A stretch of DNA of 64,000 nt from contig NW_027361788.1 in assembly GCF_039654945.1 (NCBI RefSeq), forward strand, positions 42,966,001 through 43,030,000, read 5' to 3'. The notes beneath the pieces were generated by a model, which saw only the letters and a list, made by a program, of their open reading frames with translations, was not told where the DNA came from and ran no database searches. Shown here in pieces: positions 50,201 through 62,955 of this stretch. This DNA is from Dendrobates tinctorius (lineage: Eukaryota). Each line of letters starts with the position of its first letter. Within the stretch, counting starts at the first letter, position 1. The translations under genes were made by a program, and so were the position numbers.

Positions 50201-51614
50201 TTCAAAAAAAGCTTTATGGTTTTTAGAGAGCCAGACCCTCAACATCACCCTATGTTTTGCCCCTTTGATAAGCTCGTGAACACTAGAACCCACCTCCTCC
50301 ATTTATGTTTTGCGTCAAAATTGTGTTTTTTTTCTCCCGATGCCCACGCCACAAGTAGGGCATCATTCTAATGAACCCACCTGTTCACAACGATGTTGGG
50401 GAAACAGCAGCAACAGCAGCACGGCGGCGGGTTGGGGGCGACAGTCTGGCCCCCCAGTTCTTCCAACATTCTTGCTTTACCACCGAAGAAATCTGTTATC
50501 AGGTCCAAGAATTTCCAGAGTGTTATGGAGTGATATCTGCAAACAGACAGGAACGGTGATGATGCCACGTCCATAAGTCAGACTGGCAGCTGAGGGGTGA
50601 CAGCTGCAGCAGTGATTGCCCGCAGCAGGAGCGATGGCATTGTGTATGAATGAGATTTATCTGCCTCTCTGGCATTGGGGAAATTATACAGAGCCCCCAA
50701 ATATGCACCCAGCCTACTTCCACTGTAAGACACCTCTGGGGGGGCACTGTTCTTAGAGTATGTAGACAAATGTGTTCAGAGTAATGACAACTTACATGGA
50801 AGCCACGAAGTTACAGATGGAGGAGGAGCGTGGAATGTACATCCCTATAATGGAGGTGATACAGATTACCTGGCCAAGGAGAAATAAAGGAGCTGTTAAC
50901 CCATAATTCACCAAACCAGCCACAGCGTCTTCACTTGACTTTAAATATCGAATGTTGTCTTGCAAATACTCTACAGGGAGCTCCACCTGATTATATTTTG
51001 TTGTGACGAGGATACATTAACCCCTCTTCTCCCAGAGCATACACATCTATATAACTGTACGTATGTTTACTCTTTGCACAGCCCTAAATTCTTACCGGAT
51101 ACACCCCCAGAATCCATAAGTACAGGCAGGTTCTGCGCGTGCTCCGAACATTCCGCAGGAAGAACCCCATCTCCTCCAGAAATAACGCCAGCTGCACACA
51201 CCCGACCAGTACGGGAATGATGAATATCCACAGGTCCTTCTTTATCACTATAGAGGTGAATAGCACAGAAGGGTAGATGGCGGGTAAACAGCAGGGGGCA
51301 CTCTCCTGAGAGTGTGGGAAAGAGGTCCCACCAGATGACACATTAAAGCTAGACGATGACAATAGAGGAAAGTCATAGCCAGCTCAGCAATGACCACATG
51401 TTCAGCCAACGCTACCCAAGACGTGTTACGATGACCATGCTTGCCCAATGTATCGGCCTAGTGCAGCTTATATGAGGGGTGTGAGCTTTTCAGCATCAGC
51501 CTATAGCCCTGTGTACTGTATAAGCTTATGTATAAGCGCCATACTACCTTGGAAAAACTCTGATGATAGGGGGAAACTCCCCCCATCCAAGGAACAGTTG
51601 GCCCCCTTCACCAT
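47209..51614 (-). CDS. Organic solute transporter subunit alpha-like (SLC51A/TMEM184 superfamily), 421 aa
   Basis: Seven GT-AG exons: 51,548-51,614, 51,096-51,247, 50,796-50,869, 50,381-50,536, 49,817-49,928, 48,478-48,730, 47,209-47,660 (1,266 nt, frame intact). Family motifs LFLEE, IGMYIPRS, DFFGG, PPCCCCCCFP, KFICITLVLVLCGLQ, IPCVPP and MEMFF; multiple hydrophobic segments. Confidence 0.92.
48941..49732. mobile_element. Penelope-like remnant with inverted repeat, carrying a nested MITE
   Basis: 14-bp direct flank CATGCCCTTCAGTT (~48,927 and ~49,733), inverted arms ~49,388-49,455 versus ~49,666-49,733, and a hammerhead-like TGATAAAGGCTC-GGGCT-GAGCGGAAACGT at 49,590-49,618. Confidence 0.6.
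48954..49320. mobile_element. Harbinger-type MITE (CCGCA/TGCGG-rich)
   Basis: TIRs GGCTGTGTGCACACGCTGCGGAT / ATCCGCAGCGTGTGCACACAGCC. Confidence 0.85.
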
Positions 51615-52815
51615 GCTGGGCTCCCGTCGTTCCGGTTAATCTTCTGAGCCATCCATCTTTTCTGGGCGGCCTCTTCCCATTTCCTGAGACATCCGCCTCC
51701 TTCTCGGATCCAGAGGTCTCCCTCTACTCGAGGATGCTCCCAGCCTCTGTGCATTAATCATTAATAGGGACTGGTGCAGGCGTCCAGGTAACTGACTGAA
51801 GTCCATAGGTGACATCTACCTGGATACGGCGTCGTTCACACCCACCTTTCCATTGATCATCATTATAGTGCTGCATTATGAATCTGTAGACAAAGATTGT
51901 GATGTGACCCTGAAATCCAAATGTCCTAAACGAGGTCATGTTACTCAGATGCCCCTTACAAAAACCATTTACCTTGAATTTGTCAGGTCCAATAATTTCT
52001 ACAGTAGCGGAAAGTGGAAATTGTTCTCCGGAAATAAATAAAGCTTATTGAGATGTGGTCACAGTCACACCCCTGACCCTGGGTACGAAGCCTCCCCAAA
52101 TAAAAGGGCAATAGGAAATGTCTACTATCACTGTTCAAGAGACCACCACCAATACATTGGACCACTGAAATTTGGGAAATATTGGGAATAATATATATGA
52201 TCTCACAAGTCAATAAGTAACCCCAGAACATGCATGTTTATGGCTGGGCTCCTGGAAAGGCCTGACTTCTGTATGACCCCGTTTACTACACTCTCCATTG
52301 CTAGGTTTTATGGCTGTGGTGTTATTACTGTAGAGCAAAGGAAGGAGCGTTTTATGATTATTGGTGTCTACAAGTCTTTTGGATTATTCCAGGAAATCTG
52401 GAGACCTGACACCAACACCAAGATGGGTAAGTAAATATATATGTACTGTATGGATGGACATATTCACATACGTTATGACTGGGCACTGAACTTGGGTTAC
52501 TCCCTGTGTATAACATACCGGACCTCAGCCCCATCCCATAATGGAGATTGTGAGCTCGGCCTCCCCAACAGCAGGGTCTGACCTTACAAATGTTCTTCTG
52601 GATGACGGGGCAAAAATTCCCTGAGACACCTCCAAAATCTTGTAGAAAACCTTCCCAGAAGAGCGGGAGCCGTTATATTTGAGGAAGGGCGACTCCATAT
52701 TAATGTAAGGGAGGTCAGAAAAAGCCCTGAATATGGATGTGGAGGGGGCATGCACATTTCTCCAAATAGTTTGTGTTTATATAATACAGCTTTCATATAT
52801 ATGTATATGCCTATA

Positions 52816-54331
52816 CACTTAGGTCCAAAATTATTTGGCCAGTGACCGGATTTTGGTGATTTCAGCGCTGCAGGACACAACTGAAGTGGAAACTTTCAGG
52901 TTTAATTAAAGGGGTTGAACAAAAATATAATGTGGCACGTTTAGTAATTGCAGTTATTTTTCTATGGCGCCTCCTTATTTCAGGGGTTCAAAAGCAATTG
53001 GACAAATTAACTTTATCATAAATAAAATGTTCATTTTTAATTCTTTGAAGAGAATACTTTGCAGGTAATGAAATCTGGGACCTTGGATGTTATCATCGCT
53101 GGGTTTCCTCCATTCTGAGGTTTTGCGGCCTTTCCTGCAGTGACTTCAATTGTTGCTTGTGGGTCTTTCTACCTTACGTTTTGTCTGCAGCCTCTGAAAT
53201 GCGTCTCTATGGGCTGAGATCTGGTGATGATGACTCAGCCATTGCAGAATATTGCACTTCTTTGCTTTCGCCGGATGTTTTGGGTCATTGTCCATGTCTT
53301 GTGAAGTACCAACAGATTAACCTATCTGCATTTGGTTGAATCTGAGCAGAGTATCACCCTGTACACGCAAGATTCACCCAGCTGCTTCTGTCTTCAGTCA
53401 CGTCATCAATAAACACTAGCATCACATGGCCTCCACCATGTGTCACAGAGGGTGTGCAGTGCTGAGTATCATGATCTGTATCAAACCTTCTCCATACTTT
53501 CATCTTCCCATCATTCTGGTACAGGTTGATCTTAGTTTCATCTGTCCATAGAATGCTTTTCCAGAACTGGATGACTTCTTTAGATGTTTTTTGGCAAAGT
53601 ATAATCTGGTCTTTATACTTTTAAGGCTGATGAATGGTTTGCACCTTGTGTATTTGCTCTCATGAACTCTTCTCTTTATGCTAGACTTAGATACTGAAAC
53701 AGCAACTTCCTGGAGACTTTTCTTCACTTGGGCAGATGTTGTGAAGGCGGTTTCTTCACCATGGAAAGGATTCTGCGATCATATACCACTGTTGTCTTCC
53801 ATTGACATCCAGGCCTTTTTGAGTTCCCGAGCTCATCAGTGCACTTTTTTTCAAGTGTACCAAACTGTTGATTTCACTCCTCCTAACATTTCTGCTGTCT
53901 CTCTGATGAATTTCCATTTTTTTCAGCCTAATGATGGTCTTTTTCACTTCCATTGAGAGCTCTTTTGGCTGCATGTTGTGGGTTTACAACAACAGCTTCC
54001 AAATGCAAATGCTACACCCGGAATCAGCTCCAGACCTTTTCCTGCTTAATTGATGATGGATTAACGAGGGAAAAGTCCATGCAACCCATTAAAGAGGTTT
54101 GGAGATAATTGTCCAATTACTTTTAGTCCTTTGAAAAAGAGGCAGCTACATATTAAAGATTAGTAATTCCTAAACCCTTATTCCAATTAGGATGTGAATA
54201 CCCTGAAATAAAAGCTAAGAGTCTGCACTTTAAATCTGTATTGATTATATAACTGTATCCTGAATATGATTTGGTAAAAGGCTAAAATTTCAAAATTTGT
54301 GTCACTGTTCAAATATTTTTGGACGTAACTG
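52816..54331 (-). mobile_element. Decayed Tc1-family transposon (~1.5 kb) with frameshifted transposase
   Basis: TA|CACTTAGGTCCAAAATTATTTGGCCAGTGAC ... GTCACTGTTCAAATATTTTTGGACGTAACTG|TA. Minus-strand fragments MQPKELSMEVKKTIIRLKK and KPFISLKSIKTRLYFAKKHL. Confidence 0.88.
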
Positions 54332-55987
54332 TATATCATTGCTTACTTGTTTGCCGTTTTTTTTAAATTTCAGGCCTTTACCTGCACCTCTGCTCCTGTG
54401 GCCCTATGACAACACGGATGGTGGTTCCTCTTAGTGGCATAACATTTTGCCCTATGCTGGCAACATGGTGGCACGATGATGTGTTCCTGTTCGGGGCACC
54501 CATTAAGCTGTTCGACCTCCTGAGCAGGTAAAGCCATTTGTAATAAGTCGGAGCCATCTCAGCGACTTTTTTTCTGAGGACTGAACTACACTGACACATG
54601 TGATTGCAATTCACAGCAAATCCCTATGATAACACAGAAGCATTAAAGTGCAGAATGGGAAGTGTTGTCATCATGAGGATGCAGACATTCATAATCTGGT
54701 AATGAGCAGAATAGTGGGTAGGGTAAATCTTGTGTCTATGGCTGAGGCTTATAGGTGCAGACATTTTTAATTTAATTTTTTTTTTTGTGCCCAATCCGAG
54801 ATCAAAATCTCCTGTATGTGATGTCAGCCCTTTTTGTGTTAGTCATTGAAAAGATATTGTGATTAAAAAAAGCAAAAACTAAAACAACAATATAGATTCT
54901 ATCCCTACCAGTGGGAAGAGCCGTATTTGGCCATGTTGGGGTTAATGCAGTGAGGGGGATGACACTGGGAGCAGGGGATGGGTCCTCTCTGTGCCTGGGT
55001 CAGCACATCCCTTCCTGAATATGTAGAATCTCTGCCCAGTTCTGGAATCTGCCCCTTCTCTCAGGCACTGTGGGGGCATTCAGGGAATAAATGTGGGTGG
55101 TGCCAGGACCTGCGTGTTCAGAGCACAGAGACCCTCACACTCCATCATACAAACCCAGCCACTGGGGCAAGATGCCAGAGGGAAAAGGTACATTGTGCGC
55201 TGCAGCTGAGCATGGCAGACCTAATGGGAAGCGGAATCTGGATCATCTGCATCCAAAGGGGGACCCCTGCATTGTTAGGACCCCTGCACTGACAGCTGTG
55301 TTTGGGAACGGGGGGGACTATGACTAATTAGTCAGGATTTCTGCTCCTAGGATTGCTCTAGGTGGTGGTGCCCACACTGATATGGTATCTGACTCAGGCA
55401 AATATTTACTGGGGATTCAGGGGTCTTTCTGGTGGTGGATTGGCGGTCACACGTTCGCATGTAATTTGGAGTAATTGGTTCTGTTTTCACCCGCAGGGGA
55501 CAAGTCCGAGAGAACTCTGTACAAGGTAAGTGTAGCCTGGGGCCGGGCTTTCGGACGGTGGAAGAGGGGGCTTATAAGAAAAATGAAACAATCACTAAAT
55601 GGGCCAGATGAGATAATATATTTCTTGTATTTCTCTTTCTTGTGCCGCCTTGTGGCTGCCGTACCCATATATCAATAATTTGCTTAGACAAACTTCCCCA
55701 TAGACTTGTAACATGGAGAAATGTAAATCGCGTAATGAAACCTTTCACCAGAGTTCGCAATACGAAGCGTGTACACCTGATGAGGCCGGTGTGTTTACTT
55801 TGATAATCTATGTCAGGATGGCTCTAGTCTACAGCATAATCCCGATATTAATACGAGCATCCCTTGAATCCAGCTAGAGCTCATTTAATATCAGTCAGAA
55901 AAACTTTCATGACGGATGATACTTTTAAAATACATGTAAAAATGGCTGTAAGTATACCAGTCTTAGCAGATCCAAGATATTTATTAA

Positions 55988-56305
55988 GGCTATGTGCACA
56001 CATAGTTTTCGGTGGTGCGGATTTTTCCGCACGGTTTTTGGAAAAACCGCAGGTCAAAAAGACCTGCGGTTTACCCCTGAGGTTTCACACCTCTACAATG
56101 GAGATGTGAAACCGCAGCGGATTCCGCACAAAGAATTGACATGCTGCGGATTGTAACCCGCAGCAAATCCGCAGCATGTGCACAGCGTTTTTGGTTTTAC
56201 GATTGAAAATAATGGTACCGTACAACGCAGCAGAAACTGCTCCGGACACGCAGGGCCAGAAACGCTGCGGATCCGCAGCAGAATCCGCACCGTGTGCACA
56301 TAGCC
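55988..56305. mobile_element. Harbinger-type MITE, related to 48,954-49,320
   Basis: TAA|GGCTATGTGCACAC...GTGTGCACATAGCC|TAA. Confidence 0.88.
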
Positions 56306-58139
56306 TAATAAATCTATGCAGTTTTTATTGTGAAATCTGATGATCGATCCTATTTAAAGAGAGATTAAATTGAAACCTGTTCCTGATTTATTGCGCCTTT
56401 CCGTCCAGAAGGAGAGAGGTCTAGGGTTAGCTTATATGCCAGCGCTTTCTGCACCAAATGAGAAGGAAAAATAGTGAGTGGTCAGGATCCTTTCACTTGC
56501 TAAGATGGGAATCTTGTTCGCCAGTCTTTTCTTGTGACGATCTGAACCTTTATTCCCTCCCCAGAATCTGCCAGAACACAGGCATCGGGTGCAGGAGAAA
56601 AAAACACATGTTAAGAAGCAAAGAGGTAACAAAGTAAAAAAAATTTTGCAAACTGTCAAAATTTGGAAAAGACAAACTGTCATCAATTTACAGGAGGGGA
56701 AGGGATTGTGGGAGGAGCTAGTCATACCGGAGGGGCAGGGATTGTTGGAGGATCTATAGTCATTATACTGGAGGGGCAGGGATTGTGGGAGAAGCTATAG
56801 TCATTATACAGGAGGGGCAGGGATTGTGGGAGGAGCTAGTCATACAGGAGGGGCAGGGTTTGTGGGAGGAGCTATAGTCATTATACTGGAGGGGCAGGGA
56901 TTGTGGGAGAAGCTATAGTTTATACAGGAGGGGCAGGGATTGTGGGAGAAGCTAGTCATGCAGGAGGGGGCAGGGATTGTGGGAGGAGCTAGTCATACAG
57001 GAGGGGCAGGGATTGTGGGAGGAGCTGTAGTCATTATACTGAGAGGCAGGTATTGTGGGAGGAGCTATAGTCATTACACAGGAGGGGGCAGGGATTGTGG
57101 GAGGAGCTATAGTCATACTGGAGGGGCAGGGATTGTGGGAGGAGCTAGTCATACAGGAGGGGCAGGGAATGTGGGAGGAGCTATAGTCATACTGGATGGG
57201 CAGGGATTGTGGGAGGAGCTAGTCATACAGGAGGGGCAGGGAATGTGGGAGGAGCTGTAGTCATACTGAAGGGCAGGGATTGTGGGAGGAGCTATAGTCA
57301 TACTGAGGGGCAGGGATTATAGGAGGAGCTATAGTCATTACACTGGAGGGCAGGGATTGTGGGAGGAGCTATAGTCATACTGGAGGGGCAGGGATTGTGG
57401 GAGGAGCTATAGTCATTATACTGAGGGGCAGGGATTGTCGGAGGTGCTATAGACATTACACTGGAGGGCAGGGATTGTGGGAGGAGCTATAGTCATTACA
57501 CAGGAGGGGCAAGGATTGTGGGAGGAGCTATAGTCATACTGGAGGGGTAGGGATTGTGGGATTAGTTATAGTCATTGTACTGGAGGAGCTATAGTCATTA
57601 TGCTGGAGGGGCAGGGATTGTGGGAGGAGCTATAGTCATACTAGAGCAGGGATTTTGGCAGGAGCTATAGTTATACTGGAGAGGCAGGGATTGTGGGAGG
57701 AGCTATAGTTATACTGGAGGAGCAGGGATTGTGGGAGGAGCTATAGTTATTATACAGGAGGGGCAGGGATTGTGGGAGGAGCTATAGTCCTTATACTGGA
57801 GGGGAAGGGATTGTGGGAGGAGCTATAATCATACAGGAGGGGCATGGATTGTAGAAGGAGCTATACTCATTATACTAAAGGGGCAGGGATTGTGGGAGGA
57901 GCTGTAGTCAATGGACTACATCCCCTCATCCCAGTGAGGATTATACAGAAGGGCTAGGGATTGTGAGAGGAGCCATAATTGTAAAGAAGGGGCAGGGACC
58001 GTGAGAAGAGCCACGGATTGTGGGAGGAGAAAATAGTCATTATACTGGAAACAGATGGTGGAAGGAGCTGTAGTCATTATACAGGAGGGAGTGTGAATAG
58101 TGGGAGGAGCTATAGTGATACACCAAGAGTAGGGATTCA

Positions 58140-58344
58140 GAGAAACGAGGGAGACACAAAAGCGCAAATAGAGTCTTATCGAACGTTACAAAGAGTTACC
58201 AACCAAGAGAACTACTCACCTGGTGAGAGTGAAAGAAAGGCATAATGGTGGCTGCTGCAGATCCACAGGTCAGTGCAGGACCTGGTTGAAGCATACACTT
58301 AGGTAGGAAGGAAGGATCATCCACACGCTGCCGCAAGAAGAATT
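58140..58344. mobile_element. Short insertion, possibly a Penelope-like fragment
   Basis: Non-repeat segment flanked by the imperfect duplication CAAGAGTAGGGATTCAGAGA / CAAGAGTGGGGCTTGTGAGA; contains a minus-strand donor (ACTCACC). Confidence 0.4.
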
Positions 58345-59024
58345 CAAGAGTGGGGCTTGTGAGAGGAGCCATGGTCATTATACAGAAAGGGCAGGGATAA
58401 TGGGAGGAGCTGTAGTCATTATACTGGAGGGGAAGGAATTGTGGGAGACGATATAGTCATTACTCAGGAGGGGCAGGCATTGTGGGAGGTGCTATAGTTA
58501 TTATACTGGAGGGGCAGGGATTGTGGGAGGAGTTATCGTCATTATATAGGAGAGGCAGGGGTGGTGGGAAGAGCTGTAGTAATCATACAGGAGTGTGAAT
58601 AGGGGGAGGAGCTATAGTCAGGAGGGGTTGGAATTGTGGGAGGAGTCAGCCACAGAAGGGTTATGTGTTGTGGGAGGAGCTGTAGTTATTATACAGGAGG
58701 AGCAGTTATTGTGAGAGGGGCTATAGTCATACTGGAGGGGAAAATATAGCGGGAGGAATTGTAGCATTATACAGAATGAGCAGGAATTGTGGGAGGAGCT
58801 ATCATTATAGTGGAGGGGCCTGGATAGCGGAAGGAGCTGTAGTCATTATACAGGAGGGGCAGAATTATAGGGAGTACCTATAGTTATTATACAGGAGGGG
58901 AAGGGATTGTGTGAGAAGATGTAGTCATTATACAGGAGGAGCCTGGATAGCAGGAGACGCTGTAGTCATTATACAGGAGCAGGAACTGTGGGAGAAGCTA
59001 TAGTTATTATACAGGAGGGGCCTG

Positions 59025-59878
59025 TGTTATGAATGGGTCACCGAGGAGAAAAAGGCAAAACAAGCTAAGCCACAGAAAACCAGAGTGGTTGGTAACTATG
59101 CAGATTGCAGATCCCTGATCTTACCACACAACTAGCAGTAGCCGTGAAGCGTGTCTACGATGAACCTAGACGCCTCGTCACGGCCGGAGGACTACATAAG
59201 CCTAAAGCAAGAAAAGGGAAAACTAACTGCCCCAGAGCAGACCCCAAAGGAATAGATAGCCCCCACACATGTATTGACGGTGAACAAGATGAAGGCACAA
59301 ACACAGGCAGGAAAATAGGCTGAGCAAATGATGGGGCCCAAACTAACTAGACAGGAAAGGAATGGGAAGATGCTGTCTGCAACCTGCAAAAAAACCCTAC
59401 AAAAATAATGTCCAACACTTCTGATAGCAAAATTAACCCTGAAGTCACTAGACTTCTTCCACTATATCAGCACTCTGAAACTCTGAGACAGAGCAAAAAG
59501 AGACCGAAATAGTAAGGGACAAAAAGCCAATTAGCCAAATACTGATAAATAAGAGTGGAAATTCAGCTCAGCCCCCAGCCGGGGCTGGCAGACCACACAA
59601 AAAACTGAATAGACCAACAAAATCAAGTGTGAACATTAGCAGAAAAACTTAGCTTTAGATGACTGGGACAGAGCTGAAAACCAAGAGCTGACAAGCCAGA
59701 AGGAATCACCAGCAACTGAATAGGGCGTTGGCTGTCTTAAATCCAATCTGAGAATCCTGAGATCCAATAGTCATCCTCATTCTCAGGTGGCAGATCTCCA
59801 CCGATCAAATCAGCCGCACCACCTCCCGACACTACCAGAGGGAGTCCAGAAGGGGAACCAGAGAATGAACTCACAACA
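59025..59878. mobile_element. Solo LTR (854 bp)
   Basis: TGTTATGA...TCACAACA termini, with GGCCTG duplicated on both flanks, inside the G-rich minisatellite. Confidence 0.8.
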
Positions 59879-60646
59879 GGCCTGGATAACGTGAGGAGCT
59901 GTAGTCATTATACACAAGAGGCAGAGATTATGGTAGGAGCTATAGTTATTATATGGGAGGGGCAGGGATTGTGGGAGGAGCTATAGTTATACTGGAGGGG
60001 TAGGGATTGTAGGAGGAGCTATAGTTATTATACCGGAGCTGAAGGGATTGTGGGAGGAGATTGTAGGGGCGAGGATTGTGTGAGGAGCTATAGTTATTAT
60101 ACCGGAGGGGCAGGGATTGTGGGAGGAGCTATAGTTATTATACGGGATGGGCAGGGATTGTGGGAGGAGCTAATTATACTGGAGGGGCATGGATTATGGG
60201 AGGAGGTATAGTTATACGGGAGGGGCAGGGATTGCGGGAGGAGGTATAGTTATTATATGGGAGGGGCAGGGATTGTGGGAGGCGCTGTAGTCAATGGACA
60301 AATAAAGTCAAATTAAAAAGAGGTCAAGAAACAAGAGGGGGCACAGACCATGGCACTGGTAATTCTCACCCCTCATCCCAGTGGTTCTGCATCGGAACAT
60401 ACGTTTTTTTTTTTTTGCCATGGTTTTTGTATTTTTATATAATACACAGCCCACACAATTTTATTGTTGCCAATTTTAAATACAAGGAGGATAAGGGGTG
60501 AATGATTTTAATTCTAGAACAATCTAATTTCTGTACTATACTAATTTTTCGCCATCCATGTACATTTTCACTTAAAGGGAAAGTGCATCAGAAAATGACC
60601 TATGAATTTTTATATTAAACTTTTTCCTCATAACATTCTACATTGA

Positions 60647-61559
60647 AGCTATGTGCACATGTGCAGAATTGCCGCGGAAATTTCTGTGGCAATTCCGCAA
60701 CTCCCTGCCACGGGAAATACACGGGAAATCCGCATGCAGAGCGTTTTGCAAGCGTAATTAGCTTGCAGAATGCTAGTGTTTTCCAAGCGATCTATAGCAT
60801 CACTTGGAAAACTGATTGACAGGTTGGTCACACTCGTCAAACATAGTGTTTGACAAGTGTGACCAACTTTTTACTATTGAGGCCGCCTATGCGGCATCAG
60901 TAGTAAAAGATATGTTAAAAATAATAAAAAATAAATAAAAAATCGTGATATTCTCACCTTCCGGCGGTCCCCCGCAGCGTTCCCAGGCCTCAGCGATGCT
61001 CCCGGCAAGTCCCGTTCCCAGCGATGCCTTGCGACAATGACCCCAGATGACGTAGCATCTCGCGAAACTGCTACGTCATCACAGGTCATTGTCGCAAGGC
61101 ATCGCTGGGAACAGGACTTGCCGGGAGCATCGCTGAGGCCTGGGAACACTGCAGGGGGGGGGGGGGGGGAGGGCGCCGGAAGGTGAGAATATCATGATTT
61201 TTTATTTTAATTCTATTTTTAACAGGGATATGGTACCCAGGGCCTGGAGGAGAGTCTCCCCTCCTCCAGACCCTGGATACCATCCGCACATTTTCAGCTT
61301 ACTTTGCGCATGGTAGGCACAATCACATGCGGAAAGTAAGCGGAACAATGCATTCTTAGGTGTCCGGAATCCCTGTGATTCCGCAAAAAGAATGAGCATG
61401 CTGCGTATTTTTCCGCAATGTGATTCCGCTGCAAAAAAATATACAGCATTAGCACAGCATGTGCGGAATTCAATGGGTTGCTTATTGTATGTTTTCGAAG
61501 CGAAAAACGTGGCAAAAACGCATAAAATCCGTGGCAATTTTGCACGTGTGCACATAGCC
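60647..61559. mobile_element. Harbinger-type MITE (same family as 25,514 and 40,901 copies)
   Basis: AGCTATGTGCACA...TGTGCACATAGCC|TAA with a strong internal palindrome at ~60,945-61,200. Confidence 0.88.
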
Positions 61560-62955
61560 TAAAAGAATCATAAAATTGTGCAGTTTTTACCATGAGCCTC
61601 TAATCACATGGGCACTCGTTGCCCTGTGGAGATCTGACACTCTGCTACGTTTTTGGGCTCATCTGAACAAGCAGACACTTCAGAACTCCGTTCCGGTCAT
61701 TGCAGTCTCTGGCCCCATAAAGGGTCTGTCTAAATCCCATTTTTCTTTATTGGGAATCAGCAGATTCCACAAACGCACCATAGAAACCGCAATGTGAACA
61801 GGGCCATACACAATAAGTGATTTCACAGCTCACCTCCTCCTCTCCCTGCACAATGACTTCTGCACAGCTCACTGAGCATGCCCACAACTCTCTCCCTTCA
61901 AAGTCAATGTACAGCTCAACCAGAATATACTTTAGCGGATACATTCTCTTTAAAGAAGTGAGATGCTAGAAGTAATGAATATTAAAGCTATACTGCCTTC
62001 CTGTATGTGGTGATCTGACCATTTAATGTTACAGGCCTAAAGCCTGAGGCTGCACTACTGAGGGATACTGATGATGACATATGGTGTGGTGCAGGTACGC
62101 AGGCCTGGCAGGGACCCAACTCCATAACATGGATATTACTTCATAAGCATCTCCTTGTACACCGTTTAGTAACATCTGACCTTCTTCCTGCCCCCTTATC
62201 TCCCCCCAAGGACAGCCGCCGAGAGCGAAGCGGTAATTTCCAGTCCTTTGTGCGAATGGCACTGGAGACGCTGCTGGGTTCATGTCGCAGAAAACGTGAG
62301 ATTCATCACACCTCCACCGAGCACGTGCAGACCAGCAAAACCTTTATGTCCTGGCACCGCCACAGTCTTCCCGTCAGACCCTTTCTCCTGGTGCGAGCTG
62401 ATCGCGGGGTCCGAGTGTGAGAGCGTTAGCAGATGAGCGCACGTGACTTCCACCCTGCCTGACCTTACAGTGTGTGAATGAGGACCTGGCAGTGAGCGCA
62501 GCGTCGTGAGCCCGGAGGCAGCGGGGAAGGCACATACGTGTAGTGGCGCTTTCCTGTCCATACGTGATGTTGTGTGGCTTCTGGAATAAAGAACATGCTG
62601 CAATGGTGTCCGTGTCACTAAACTTTATGGATCTCACACAAAACACAGTTCTTACAAAACAACTTTATTTGCGGAATCCGGGCAGATGGAGAGGTCACGA
62701 CCTTTCTGACCCTAATTTTATCCGCCCGTATTACGCCCAGAGGATACCTAGGATTATGTGGCAGGGGCGGCAGTTTCTAACAACGTCCTCCATGAGGGGG
62801 CATCTTGTTCATTCATTGCCCCAGCTGCAGGCAGGATGCCCCTATACACCCATTATATGCCAGCTGTAAAGGCTCCAGCTCTCGTCTGCGTGGCAGTTTG
62901 GTCACACCATGGTAGGTGGCGACAGATGGCACCGAGGGTTACAGATACCTTCCTT

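Larger units (their letters stand above)
56688..60295. repeat. G-rich 36-41-bp minisatellite (GGAGGGGCAGGGATTGTGGGAGGAGCTATAGTCATTATACT)n with insertions
   Basis: Homogeneous copies at 56.7-57.9 kb and 59.9-60.3 kb, more diverged copies in the middle. Confidence 0.95.

Noticed and set aside
55770-55800. CCTGATGAGGCC half-hammerhead
   Set aside because: No complementary stem or GAAAC downstream.
56940-57260. Gly-rich ORFs in the G-rich array
   Set aside because: Variable unit lengths shift the frame constantly; repeat artefact.
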